From Chloropicon primus (lineage: Eukaryota), in contig CP060759.1 in assembly GCA_023205875.1 (NCBI GenBank), forward strand, positions 806,001-870,000: 64,000 nt of DNA, written 5' to 3'. Under the pieces are notes generated by a model. The model was given only the letters and a program-made list of their open reading frames with translations. It was not told where the DNA came from and did not search any database. A program made the position numbers and the translations under genes. Of this stretch, positions 1 to 10,506 are shown piece by piece. Position 1 is the stretch's first letter; each line of letters opens with the position of its first letter.

Positions 1-13
1 AGAGAGAGCTACC

Positions 14-1468
14 CTATCCCTCTTTGGTGCTGGCCTCCACTTCGTCCAATCTGGGATCCATCACTCGGAAGAAGAGAGGAGGGCAGAGGGACAAGAGCAT
101 CATCACCGAATAAGGTCCGGGAAGCTGAGGCCCGTCCTTAAAGTTCTTCAAGTTTTGATAGGGTTTCATGGAGTTGAGGTGGTGATCCGAATGAAGCTGT
201 AGGTTGACGATGTGGCAGTTGGTCGCGAACCAGTCCGCGTTCCACGAGTGCGACCTGCTCACTTGCTCGTACTTGCCGTTCGCAAGTCGCTTTCTCTTCA
301 AGCCGTAGTGCTCGATATAGTTCACGAGCTCGAGGGAGAGAATGCCTATGAACGCCTGTATAAGGTAGACGGCTAATCCCCTAGGACCGAACGCGATCAG
401 CAAAGACCCGGCGATGAAGGCCACTCGGGCGATCCACGACAGCTTCATTGAGGCGGCCTCCGTCCTCATGAGCATCTTCACGTTATCGACGACCGATCTG
501 ACGAAGAAGGCGTAGAAGTGCTCTCCCCTCCTCGCCGTCGAGGGATCCTCCGGAGTCCCCACGAGTTTGTGGTGGATATACTTATGAGAATGCTCGTAGT
601 GGGGGTAGAAGACGCAGGCGAGCAGGCAGCGAGACAGCACCCTGTCACTCTTGATTGGGCTGTGGAGCAGCTCGTGCGAGACCGCGAACATGGTCGCGCC
701 GTACAGTCCAAAGCCAACCCCTATGGTAAGAACGGAGAGGAGCGGGAGCACCGCTGCCGCATAGCAGGCTGTGGGCAGGAGACACATGTAGATGAATCCA
801 GAGGCCCAGATCACCATCCTGTGCTCCTTGTGGTCGGTCCCCGAGGGTCCCGAGGCTCTCGCCTGCTCGTTCCCCTCTCGGCCTATGACGAAGTCGATCA
901 CGGGGAGCACCACGAAAAAGTAGACGACCGGCATCAGGGGCAGCACCGTTCCCAGAATCGTTTTCCAGACCAGCTCGTTCGGCGAGTTCACCGGGAGCTC
1001 CAGCACCCGGGTCACCGATCCTTTCACCGCCGTACCCAAGTCCGGGCTCATCCACGCCAGACCCACCTTTGACCACACCCACTTGGTGGCCAAGGCAAGC
1101 ATAGAGGGAAGCCTGATTCCCACGCTCTCCAGCAGCGGGATGCCCACGAAGCTGAAGAGGAACGGGATGAACGCCAGCTGAATTGCGATCATGGGAAGGA
1201 AGCGGAGGGACCCGACCACGTTCCTTTTATACCACTTTCCCAGCCCGCTGAGCTCTCCAGGCTCGTTCTGCTCCCAGGGCGAGCTCAGGGCCCCCGTCCC
1301 CGTCCTCGTCCTCGTCGTAATCCCCCGCCCGACCTCCTTGGCCCGACCGCCACGGGAGGAGGAGCGGCGGCCCTCCGGACGAGACGCCCGACTGGCCGCA
1401 TGGTGCCCACGGCGCCACGCCCACGCGGCCTCCCTCGCGCCCAAGCACTGCAAGTTCGCGTACGTCAT
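14..1468 (-). CDS. alkB: Alkane 1-monooxygenase (AlkB)-like membrane diiron hydroxylase with N-terminal extension
   Basis: His boxes HELLH, EHSHKYIHH, NYIEHYG (AlkB HYG signature) and LHSDHH; GTPEDPSTARRGE motif; several TM helices; first ATG at 1468. Confidence 0.85.
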   Translation of the reverse strand: MTYANLQCLGAREAAWAWRRGHHAASRASRPEGRRSSSRGGRAKEVGRGITTRTRTGTGALSSPWEQNEPGELSGLGKWYKRNVVGSLRFLPMIAIQLAFIPFLFSFVGIPLLESVGIRLPSMLALATKWVWSKVGLAWMSPDLGTAVKGSVTRVLELPVNSPNELVWKTILGTVLPLMPVVYFFVVLPVIDFVIGREGNEQARASGPSGTDHKEHRMVIWASGFIYMCLLPTACYAAAVLPLLSVLTIGVGFGLYGATMFAVSHELLHSPIKSDRVLSRCLLACVFYPHYEHSHKYIHHKLVGTPEDPSTARRGEHFYAFFVRSVVDNVKMLMRTEAASMKLSWIARVAFIAGSLLIAFGPRGLAVYLIQAFIGILSLELVNYIEHYGLKRKRLANGKYEQVSRSHSWNADWFATNCHIVNLQLHSDHHLNSMKPYQNLKNFKDGPQLPGPYSVMMLLSLCPPLFFRVMDPRLDEVEASTKEG

Positions 1469-1945
1469 CCCGTCGTCCCTCACCTCATTCTCATCTCCCG
1501 CTCAAGCGGCAAACCAAACAAAACCAAACCGAACCGAGGAGGAGGACGCGCGAGGCGTTGATCGAAAGACCGCCTCCCTCGTTGTCTCGTCCCTTCGCGC
1601 GACGACGACGACGACGACGGACCAGTAGAGCAGAGGAAGCAAGGCGTGGCGCGAAAATAGTCTTGCTCAGCAAAACCAGAGTTGTCAAGAGCTCGGGAGG
1701 GCGTTGAGCTGATCGATCGATCGTGTCGTGTCGTGTCGTGTCGAGAGAGGAGGACGGGGGTGAGGACGAGATCGAAGCGATTGAAGGGTCTTGCGATCGC
1801 GTGCAAGACTCTCGCGTCACGGCGACGTACCTCTCTCACCCGCGCGCAAAAGGTCAAAGGAGACCCTCGGCCCTCGGGGGGGGGTGCTGGGTTGGGCCTT
1901 GCGAAGGTTTTATTTATTGGGTTGGGACCGGTGTCGAGGAGGAGG

Positions 1946-2785
1946 ATGGTGCTGGAGGCTGAGCACCTCAACGCTCTCGCCATGTCGTACGTGTCGACGC
2001 TCGGGACGGTTGCGGGCGGGTTCCTCATAATGTTCTTTCCCAGGTTGAGGTTCCAGGAGCTCGGGTGGCTGGCCGGCCTCGCCGCGGGTCTCATGCTCTC
2101 GATGGTCTTCTTCGAGCTCATCCCGGAGGCCCTGGAGTCCATCTCCTTCAACGCCACGAATGCCTGCTTCTTCGCCGGGATCCTGTTCTTCGCCACGGTG
2201 ATCAGGCTTGTGCCCGAGCAGAACCTGGAGGGCTTGGTCACCAAGCCCAAGACGGCGACGGGAAAGGGGGAGAAGAAGATGTCAAAGGAGTACAGGAAGA
2301 TCTTGATGTCTGGCCTGGTCACCGCCCTGGGCCTGACGCTGCACAACTTTCCGGAGGGCCTGGCCATCTTCCTCGCGGCGAAGAAGTCGACCAAGCTGGG
2401 CTTGACCCTCACCACCGCGATGACGCTGCACAACCTTCCCGAGGGCGTGGCCGTCGCCCTGCCGATCTACTTCGCCACCAAGTCCAGGTGGCAGGCCCTG
2501 AAGATCACGGCGCTTTCCGGGCTCGCCGAGCCCCTCGCCGTGGTCTTCGCGGCCCTCTTCTTCCCGTCCTCCATCTCCAAGGGCGTCGTGGACGCCATGC
2601 TCGCGGGGGTCGCGGGCATCATGACCTTCCTGGTGTTCTACGAGCTCCTGCCCCACGCGGTCAAGCACTGCGGGCCCGAGAGGGCCGCGGCCTCCCTGTT
2701 CGTGGGTATGGGAATCATGTCCCTCCTCCTCTCGGCGGCGGACGAGATCATCGTCTTGTCGTCGTCGGAGGAGGAGCGGCACTGA
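1946..2785 (+). CDS. ZIP-family zinc/iron permease (ZupT-like)
   Basis: Twin HNFPEG / HNLPEG motifs, SGLAEP, about 8 hydrophobic helices; ATG at 1946. Confidence 0.9.
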   Translation: MVLEAEHLNALAMSYVSTLGTVAGGFLIMFFPRLRFQELGWLAGLAAGLMLSMVFFELIPEALESISFNATNACFFAGILFFATVIRLVPEQNLEGLVTKPKTATGKGEKKMSKEYRKILMSGLVTALGLTLHNFPEGLAIFLAAKKSTKLGLTLTTAMTLHNLPEGVAVALPIYFATKSRWQALKITALSGLAEPLAVVFAALFFPSSISKGVVDAMLAGVAGIMTFLVFYELLPHAVKHCGPERAAASLFVGMGIMSLLLSAADEIIVLSSSEEERH

Positions 2786-3458
2786 GCACTGAGCACGGGA
2801 AGGGCGGTGGAAAGACTTTTGCTTTTGCTTTTGCTTTTGTTGGAGAGGGAGATTTTTGGCTCAGGGGTCTGGCGTGCTCGTGCGCGTACAGCAACAGCGA
2901 CGAGGAGACGAGGAGACGAGGAGACGAGGAGGAGGCCTTGCCTTGGGTAATTTTATATGACTTTAATGTATTGTCAGGGGAGGACATGACATGAAGAAAA
3001 ATCCAAGCCAAGCTGGACGACTTTCCTCTTTTCTTCCTCGATCGATGACGCCGAGCGCGGTGGGCCCGCGAAAGGGCTTTGGCCCGCTGCCTACTTGGTC
3101 CCTATGATGGCTATGATGGCCTTTTTTAAACCCACGTTTGAAACACGTGGTCGGTCACAGTCGTAGTCGTTCGTCCCATTTTCCCATTCCCCAATTGGCG
3201 CGATCTTCTCATTCCAACGTTTAAAACGCATATTATTCTTAGATTAATTGGTGTTTGGGGCGGAATCCGCATGCCCCATACAAAAACGCAACGTGACTGG
3301 GGGGTTGGCTGTGTGTTTGTGTTTGTGTTTAGATTTCAGCTCACAACGCCAACACAGACGGCGAACACGCACACACAAACGTCGATCGACATCGGACGTT
3401 ACGCCGCGCCCAACTGTAACGCCCGTAACGTAGCAGCAAACCGCACAAACCGCACAAT

Positions 3459-4616
3459 ATGGCAACCGCACAACAACAGCGCGTCGCGAGCTTCTGCCTG
3501 CTCGACCCCTTCGCGGAGGGAAAGCCTCAAGGAGCGGCTGGCAAGGACTTCTTCGAGCAGATGGGGATCGACACTTCGGTCGCGCTGAGGAACACGACGG
3601 ACGACCTCTCGATCAAGTTCCTGGAGGGCTCGATGAGCGAGGCGACCATGAGCCAGGCGTTCACGAGCTTCGCGGCGGAGGCGGGGTACGGGGCCCAGTC
3701 GGCCGACCTCGGGTCCCAGTCGGCCGACCTCGGGTTCCCTGAGCGGAAGCTGCTTCCCGGGGAGAACGTCGTCGCCCGCAGGGTGACGAGGAGCTTCTCC
3801 CTCATCATGGAGGCGTACGAGCACGACCAGACGCTCGCGGCGGCGAGCGTTCCCCAGCAGCAGGCCTTCCCCTTGCCGGATCCCGGCACCTTCCTCCCCC
3901 CGCAGCACATGCGGATACTGTGCGAGTCGGACGCCCCCCCGCCGAGCATCAGGGAGCTGTACAGCAGGTACGGTGGCAACGGCCAGTCCTCCAACCTGAC
4001 CGCCCTGTCTGCGGTGGACAAGAAGAAGAACAAGCCGGAGAGCAAGATCCCGGAGATTCCCAAGAAGCAGGTGGACGAGCTCATGAGGGCCCTGAGGCAC
4101 GACAAGGAGAGCGCCGAGGCGCCCAAGAAGAAGAGGGCCTCCGCCGCGCCGTCGCTGAAGCCCAGCAAGGCGATCAAGAAGCTGCACCACAGCCCGGACC
4201 TCGAGGCCCGTCCCCGCCTCGAGGCCCCCGCCCCGGCGGCCTCGGAGATGCTCACCACGTCCTACGAGAGGAGCCTGAGCATAGGGACCAGGATCCTGCG
4301 GGCGCTGGAGCGCACGAACACGAAGAACATAACCTCGGCGGCCGACAGGAAGGCCGCGAGGCAGAAGGCGAGGGCCCTCAAGGCCCAGAAGAGCGCCGAG
4401 GCCCTCGCCACCATGTCCCCCGCCAGGGACGAGGGGGAGTCCGCCTCAGTCTCCAACCAGATGTACGCGGACATGGAGCTCCTTGTCCAGCACACCAAGT
4501 CGATCATCATGGAGAACGAGAAGCTGAAGACCAGGCTCACCATGCTCAACAGGGTGAGCTCCGCACAAGCCTCCAAGCTGGAGGAGCAGGACAACACCAC
4601 CGTGAGCGTAAAATAG
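3459..4616 (+). CDS. Hypothetical protein with basic region and C-terminal coiled coil
   Basis: 385-aa ATG-initiated ORF with GC-rich third positions like neighbouring genes; no family recognised. Confidence 0.65.
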   Translation: MATAQQQRVASFCLLDPFAEGKPQGAAGKDFFEQMGIDTSVALRNTTDDLSIKFLEGSMSEATMSQAFTSFAAEAGYGAQSADLGSQSADLGFPERKLLPGENVVARRVTRSFSLIMEAYEHDQTLAAASVPQQQAFPLPDPGTFLPPQHMRILCESDAPPPSIRELYSRYGGNGQSSNLTALSAVDKKKNKPESKIPEIPKKQVDELMRALRHDKESAEAPKKKRASAAPSLKPSKAIKKLHHSPDLEARPRLEAPAPAASEMLTTSYERSLSIGTRILRALERTNTKNITSAADRKAARQKARALKAQKSAEALATMSPARDEGESASVSNQMYADMELLVQHTKSIIMENEKLKTRLTMLNRVSSAQASKLEEQDNTTVSVK

Positions 4617-4781
4617 TTAGGTGTGCCCCTCCTTATTATAGATTATAGATTTTCTCAGCTTACCATTGCACAACTAGAACGAATGGAGCACAAACTTCAC
4701 CATCCTTCCCTTCCCATCACCACTCCTCTCCAGCGCCCAGCCAGGAGAAGGCACGGAACCTTTTTCATTTTTTTCCTCTCG

Positions 4782-5813
4782 ATGGCGATGGCGATGGCGA
4801 TGGCGATGGAGACGACGACGACGACGACGCGCAGGAAGATCATCGTGGACACGGACCCAGGGGTCGACGACGCGCTGACGATCTTCGCGGCCCTGCTGTG
4901 TCCGGAGGTCGAGGTCATAGGCCTGACGACGATATTCGGGAACGTGCCCACCGCGAAAGCGACGAAGAATGCTCTTGGGTTGCTCGAGCTCGCGGGGAGG
5001 ACGGACGTGCCCGTGGCGAGCGGGAGCCCGTGCACCTTCACCGGGGAGGAGAAGCTCCGGATCGCGGACTTCGTTCACGGGGACGACGGCCTGGGGAACA
5101 CGGGGGAGCTCAAGCCGCCGCCGACGGCGACGGAGCTCGGTGTGAGCGCCTCCCAGTTCATCATCGACACCGCGGAGAAGCACCCGGGGGAGGTGATCGT
5201 GCTGGCGCTCGGGCCCCTTACGAACCTCGCGATGGCCCTCAAGGAGAAGCCGGACCTCGCCCTCCACTCCATTGTTTGCTTGGGCGGGGCGTTTAGGGTG
5301 AACGGGAACGTCAACCCCTCGGCAGAGGCGAACATCTTCTGCGACCCCGAGGCTGCAGACTTCGTTTTCGGTGGCTCTGTGGACATGCACGTCATCCCCC
5401 TGGACGTCACCCAGCGCTGCGTGTTCTCTAACATGGACTTGGACCTCCTCGAGGCCAAGGGCGGGACCCTGGGCAAGTACATGAAGGACATCTCGCAGTT
5501 TTACGCCGACTTTCACAAGACGACGTACAACTTGAACGGGCTCATGCTGCACGACCCGACCGCGTTCATTGCGATCGTCAGGCCAGACCTCTTCTTCTGG
5601 AAGAGCGGCCCGATCAGAGTCAGCTGCGAGGGCATAGCCAAGGGCATGACCGTGATGGACATGAACAAGAAGGTGTGGAGAGGACCAAACCAGTGGAGCG
5701 GGAGGAAGCACATGAAGGTGGCCTTGGAGGTGGACGAGGGGGCCGTGGTGGGGGCGATCAGGGACACGCTGCTCTCGCAGGAGCCACAAAAGCTTTATTA
5801 TTCGATGAAATAA
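4782..5813 (+). CDS. Inosine/uridine-preferring nucleoside hydrolase
   Basis: DTDPGVDD, VHGDDGLG, LGPLTNLA, AEANIFCDPEAA and LHDP motifs; start lies in an (ATGGCG)n run, so the exact ATG is uncertain. Confidence 0.93.
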   Translation: MAMAMAMAMETTTTTTRRKIIVDTDPGVDDALTIFAALLCPEVEVIGLTTIFGNVPTAKATKNALGLLELAGRTDVPVASGSPCTFTGEEKLRIADFVHGDDGLGNTGELKPPPTATELGVSASQFIIDTAEKHPGEVIVLALGPLTNLAMALKEKPDLALHSIVCLGGAFRVNGNVNPSAEANIFCDPEAADFVFGGSVDMHVIPLDVTQRCVFSNMDLDLLEAKGGTLGKYMKDISQFYADFHKTTYNLNGLMLHDPTAFIAIVRPDLFFWKSGPIRVSCEGIAKGMTVMDMNKKVWRGPNQWSGRKHMKVALEVDEGAVVGAIRDTLLSQEPQKLYYSMK

Positions 5814-5833
5814 ATTAGGTAATATAATTCTTT

Positions 5834-8599
5834 CTACATCATGCCGAGGACCCTGTCAATGTACGCCACACCCCTGTGCTGGTCCCTGACCTCGTGAAGG
5901 CACCCCCTCGTCACGCCGGGCTTGATCCTCGCAAGCTTCTCCACCACGACGCAAACCGCTTCCTGCACGGCCGGATTCGTGTCGTCCATGTGTATGAGCA
6001 CGCCCTTGAGGATGTACCCCGTGTTCGTCTCGCAGTAATCACTCGTCAGGCAGGCCACGAAAGCTTCGAGGGTGACGCACGCTTGGATCCTCACCTTGTC
6101 GGTGCTGTCGTCCAGCCTCTTCAGGAGCTCCGGGTACACCAGCCTCTTCTGGTCATTGGTCAATTTGGTGCCAATCACAAGAAGCAGGGCCTCGAGGGTG
6201 TGGCAGGACGAGAGCCTCGTGTCAGCATAGTAATCTTCCTCCAAGCTCGAGTGGATCGTGGGAAGCAGTTGCATTTGGTCGTCCATCAGGACGTGGGCCA
6301 GCTCCGCAGAGTTCATGAGCTTCTGCCTGAAGAAGGTCCCAATCGCCACGATCGCGTGGAACCGAATCGATGCAGCCGTTTTGCCGACCTGCCACACGGC
6401 GGGGGGAAGCAGAACTTCCGCGAGAAACGCCTTGGAATGCTGAGCCACGAACCCGTTCCTGTCCTGATCCTCCAGCAAGCGGTCCAGCAGCTTCAGAGTC
6501 TCCAGTCTGATGTGCGGGTCCCGATCCTGCTGCAAGCAGCTGGCAAACACTTTCGTGATCTGCTCGTAAAGTCCGCTCAAAACTTCTATGGAGCAGTTGA
6601 AGATCAAGGCGGCGAACACAAACTGGTCCGGAGACTCTTTGGTCCACTCGTTGCAAGTTCCGCACAGAATGTGGATCAAGTCCTTGGAGTGGTCGCTCGC
6701 GAAAGATGCGGCGCAGTCGTAGCCACAAACCTGCGCGAGTTTTGTCGTGACTTCCACGGCTCCCCCCTGCAGATGCTCATCGTTTCTAAGGGCCTGCAGC
6801 TGCAACAGCACGTGGTACAGCTCTTGGCTCACTGGCCTGCACTGCTCCCCAAAGGCTTGCAGGAGGTTTATAATCACCGAGAGCAGCTGGGTGTTGATGG
6901 CGTAGTGGCCGGCTCCGCGAATCTCCTCTGACGCGAGGGTGGTCGCGAGGGAGGCCAGCATCTCTTCCTTGATCTCCTTCTTAGAGAGGCTGCACCCGTG
7001 GACCAGTCCAGCGAGAACGACCAGCGCGTTTGCTCTCTGAACCACCGAAGACTTTGGGTTGTTCAGGGAGTCTAAAAGGATACAGACCCAGGAATCAGGG
7101 CTGCAGCTTGCGCCTATGTGGTGGGTCGAGAAGACGATGTACTGAGCGATGTCCTCGTTCTCGTTTCCAACAGCGTTGCAGAGAATGGGGAGGACCACGT
7201 CCAGGTAGGGCTCCATGTCTGATTTGCTGATCTCCGTGGCCTTGTGGAGGAGGCGGGACGCGGACAAGTTCTTGTTGGTGGTCCACTCCGCCAGGTCCCT
7301 CTTGCAGATGGACGTGATGTGCTTGAGGTGGTGCGTGGTCATCTGCCTCACCAAAGTCTCGGCGGCGGCGGCGGCCATGGTCGGAGCTTCCCCGTCCTTT
7401 CCAGCCCCTTGCGAGTAGCACCCCTTCTCGCTATTTGCCTTGCACACACTCTCCAGCTTGAGTCTAGAGCTCTCGCTTATTCTTGGCTCGTCGTCCAGCA
7501 GCCCCACGAGGTAGAAGGGCAGCAGTATCTCAGCGTAGATCGGCACGAGCGGTCCGTCACCGGCGTCCGAAGATTCTCCAACCATTCCCAGCCAGCCAGC
7601 TATGCTGTCGTACATTCTCTCCCTCACCTGGTGCGCCTTGTCAAACATCGACTCGTGCAAGATCGTCACCACATACTTCTCGACCAAGGACTTGTCGGGT
7701 CTGAGGCCGACCAGAGCATCCACGGCGGAGACCAGCAGGACCCTGACCTTGTTGTGGGGGTGAGCCATGTTCCTCACAATGCCTTTCACGATGGACTCCG
7801 CGTGCTCCAGAAGCAAGGCGTCATTTGCCACGATGCCAGGAAGCTCTTCCACAAGCCTGCAGGTCTCCTTCTTCACTTCGTGGAACGGGTCGTCCAGTCC
7901 CTTGACGACGACCGCCACGATCTCGCTAATGTACGCTTGCACGTGGCTCTTGTCGCACTTCTTTGACATCTCCCCCCTCAGCAGCTGAATCATCCACAGC
8001 CTCAGCTCCTCCGAGGGCTCCGCGACCTGGTCGCTCCCCACCCTTGCTTTCACTGCGGGAACGGTCCTTTGGAACAGGAGGGACGTGTTGGGAAGAACCT
8101 CTGCTGCAGCTTTCGCGAAAAGCAGGGCCGCCTCCCTGCACTTCTCCGCTTGGTCGTTCAGCAGCCGGGTCATGGGCACCAGAAGGGCGTCCGTGAGAAG
8201 GGAGGGGAACAGAGATTCGCCCCCCTCGCCCGCTTTGCCCGCCTTCTCCGCGAATTTGTCGTCTTCAAGGAGCCTCCTCCTGAGCCTTTCCGCTCCCGTC
8301 CTCCTCGTGTTCCTGTTCGCATCCGTCAAGCAGTTGACGTCCCTTCTCAGGGCGGCCATCACCCCCTCGACCGACAGGTCCCCGAGCTCCGAGAGAGACT
8401 TCTCCTCCGCGACGCCTTGCTTGGACGCCTCGCTCCCGATCCCCCCCTCGGCGTCGTCGCTGTCCCCTTTCCCTTCCCGCCTCGCGCCTGACGCCAGCCC
8501 CGCCTTGGCACTCCTCACCCCTGACATGGCCTCCGAAGCCTTCTTCATGGTGCTCGACTTGAGCGAGGCCCATATCTCGTCCACGCTCTGCTTGCCCAT
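5834..8599 (-). CDS. DNAAF5: HEAT-repeat axonemal dynein assembly factor (DNAAF5/HEATR2-like)
   Basis: LRRDVNCLTDANRNTRR, EPSEELRL, LDDPFHEVKK, YPELLKRLDD and LIHMDD segments typical of HEATR2; about 920 aa, intronless. Confidence 0.8.
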   Translation of the reverse strand: MGKQSVDEIWASLKSSTMKKASEAMSGVRSAKAGLASGARREGKGDSDDAEGGIGSEASKQGVAEEKSLSELGDLSVEGVMAALRRDVNCLTDANRNTRRTGAERLRRRLLEDDKFAEKAGKAGEGGESLFPSLLTDALLVPMTRLLNDQAEKCREAALLFAKAAAEVLPNTSLLFQRTVPAVKARVGSDQVAEPSEELRLWMIQLLRGEMSKKCDKSHVQAYISEIVAVVVKGLDDPFHEVKKETCRLVEELPGIVANDALLLEHAESIVKGIVRNMAHPHNKVRVLLVSAVDALVGLRPDKSLVEKYVVTILHESMFDKAHQVRERMYDSIAGWLGMVGESSDAGDGPLVPIYAEILLPFYLVGLLDDEPRISESSRLKLESVCKANSEKGCYSQGAGKDGEAPTMAAAAAETLVRQMTTHHLKHITSICKRDLAEWTTNKNLSASRLLHKATEISKSDMEPYLDVVLPILCNAVGNENEDIAQYIVFSTHHIGASCSPDSWVCILLDSLNNPKSSVVQRANALVVLAGLVHGCSLSKKEIKEEMLASLATTLASEEIRGAGHYAINTQLLSVIINLLQAFGEQCRPVSQELYHVLLQLQALRNDEHLQGGAVEVTTKLAQVCGYDCAASFASDHSKDLIHILCGTCNEWTKESPDQFVFAALIFNCSIEVLSGLYEQITKVFASCLQQDRDPHIRLETLKLLDRLLEDQDRNGFVAQHSKAFLAEVLLPPAVWQVGKTAASIRFHAIVAIGTFFRQKLMNSAELAHVLMDDQMQLLPTIHSSLEEDYYADTRLSSCHTLEALLLVIGTKLTNDQKRLVYPELLKRLDDSTDKVRIQACVTLEAFVACLTSDYCETNTGYILKGVLIHMDDTNPAVQEAVCVVVEKLARIKPGVTRGCLHEVRDQHRGVAYIDRVLGMM

Positions 8600-9142
8600 C
8601 CCTCCCAACAACAAAAACCAAAAACCAGTTCCCTCTCCCTTGGCCGTCGACACGAAAGCGGCGCTCTTCGACCACTCCGGGCGCCAAACGAGTCAAGTAA
8701 GCGATCAATGGAAAGATCGCGAGACGTGGCTTCGTTCTATCGCGTTCTCGCCCCTCGCCAGGCCCAGGAACACCTTGTAAAACGAGTCCCCAAAGGCAGG
8801 CCAACCCCCTTCTTCGCCTTCCTTTCCAAGATCTGTCCGTCGAAAATCAAAACGAGGAGCGCGCCAGAAAACGACAGAACAGCTGCACGCCAACGCTGCG
8901 ACGCTGCGGCGGTTTGCGAGAGGAGAAGAGAACAAGGGGTCGTAGGACGCGACTCATTGGTCACGCCGGACGATACTACGTCTCGGGATCTTTGTGTGGA
9001 CACATAGGTCGAAGGATTTGACGCGAGGAGTCGTCCGAAGGGCGTGGCGGAGAGATCGGGGCCCAGCGAGGGTGTGTGTGTGGGTGTGTGGGCGTGTCAA
9101 GGGTGCACACGGTAGACGGGGAGCGCTTGGAAGGCTCGCGAG

Positions 9143-9841
9143 ATGACTTCCGCCTCGATCAAGGCGGTCCATGACCTCCTGCGCGAGAGGAACGCGCCGT
9201 TCAACGTGCAGCTGCTGGTCGACAACTTGCAGACGAAGAAGGTGAAGAAGTCGCAGGTGGAGAAGGCCCTGGACGCCCTCGTTTCTCAGAAGAAGGTGAC
9301 GAGGAAGGAGTTTGGAAAGACGAAGATCTACTTCTTGACCCAGGAAAACCTCGAGAAGGCGTCGAGTGAGGAGCTTGCGGCGCTCAACAAGAAGGCGGCT
9401 GACCTCAAGGCCTCCGTGGAAGCCGAGAGGCAGGGCCTGGCTTCCATGAAGAAGGAGCTCGCCAAACTGAAGACGGAGTCGACTGCCGAGGAGATCGAGG
9501 GGGAAATCAAGAGCAGCGAGAAGTCCATAGCGGAGATGAGGGCGAAGCTCGACAAGCTGAACTCCAAGAGCGGCTCGGTGTCCAAGGAGTCCTTCACGGA
9601 GGCCCAGCTGCAGCTGCAGCAGAACCTCGTGCTTTGGAGGAAGTACAAGAAGATCTTCAACGAGATTTGGTACGCGATGGCCGATTCCATGGGCGACGGG
9701 TTCGACAAGAAGAAGGAGAAGAAGCTCCTGGGGGACATTGGGGTCGAGACCGACGAGGTCGCGGGTGCGGAGTACTCCGCCCTCGACGACGTCATCAAGG
9801 GCGTCAACGCCGCGAAGAAGAGGAGGATCAGCCCGGCGTAG
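9143..9841 (+). CDS. HOP2: Homologous-pairing protein 2 (HOP2/TBPIP)
   Basis: Winged-helix N-terminus (NAPFNVQLLVDNL...KALDALV...KEFGKTKIY), coiled coil, then WRKYKKIF and IGVETD. Confidence 0.85.
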   Translation: MTSASIKAVHDLLRERNAPFNVQLLVDNLQTKKVKKSQVEKALDALVSQKKVTRKEFGKTKIYFLTQENLEKASSEELAALNKKAADLKASVEAERQGLASMKKELAKLKTESTAEEIEGEIKSSEKSIAEMRAKLDKLNSKSGSVSKESFTEAQLQLQQNLVLWRKYKKIFNEIWYAMADSMGDGFDKKKEKKLLGDIGVETDEVAGAEYSALDDVIKGVNAAKKRRISPA

Positions 9842-10041
9842 GCAGCGCTGGCGGGGATAGATAACACAAGCTTCCCATTTTGTACACCATTTTTTCTGTG
9901 CCCGAGGCCCGAAGGTCGCCCGCGAGGCCTCTCTCTCTCCCGGAACACATGTGTGGCCAAGGGAGGTGGTTCGCGGCGAAACGAAGAAGCAAAAGAAGAA
10001 AGTAAAACTTGGACCTACAAAAGAAACAGAACGTTCTAAGT

Positions 10042-10506
10042 TCATTGCTGTGGCAAAGCTGGGGAGGCCGTCTTCTTCTTCTTCGCGGTGGGCCTCTTCC
10101 AGCCCTGCTGCTTGACGAAGGCCCAGGCCGTGGAGGTCGAGCACCCGAGCATGTTCGCAATCTTGTCGTAGGTGAGCTCTCCGTCGGCCTGGTGCCACGC
10201 CTCCGCGACCCTGTTGATGGTGTCCGGGTTGTCGAACTTGCTCTTCCTCTTCTTGGTCCGCTTCTCGTTCCAGGACTTGCCCTTCAGCACCTCCTTCTTC
10301 ACGCGAGACACCGTGGGGATGCTCCTCTCCAAAACCTTCGCAATGCTCGATACGCTGTGCCCCGCCATGAGGAGCTCCGTCGCACGCTTGCGCTCCTGCA
10401 TCGAGAGGAAGCGAGTGCGCTTCCCGTCTTCTCCGCCTTCCGGCACGGGACCCGTCTCCACCTCCAGCTGGGCCTGCTCCAAAACATGATGAGGGTTCTC
10501 TGCCAT
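10042..10506 (-). CDS. Small tandem helix-turn-helix protein resembling a transposase DNA-binding region
   Basis: LSMQERKRATELLMAGHSVSSIAKVLERSIPTVSRV and LTYDKIANMLGCSTSTAW HTH patterns; basic NLS-like stretches; no DDE domain. Confidence 0.6.
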   Translation of the reverse strand: MAENPHHVLEQAQLEVETGPVPEGGEDGKRTRFLSMQERKRATELLMAGHSVSSIAKVLERSIPTVSRVKKEVLKGKSWNEKRTKKRKSKFDNPDTINRVAEAWHQADGELTYDKIANMLGCSTSTAWAFVKQQGWKRPTAKKKKTASPALPQQ

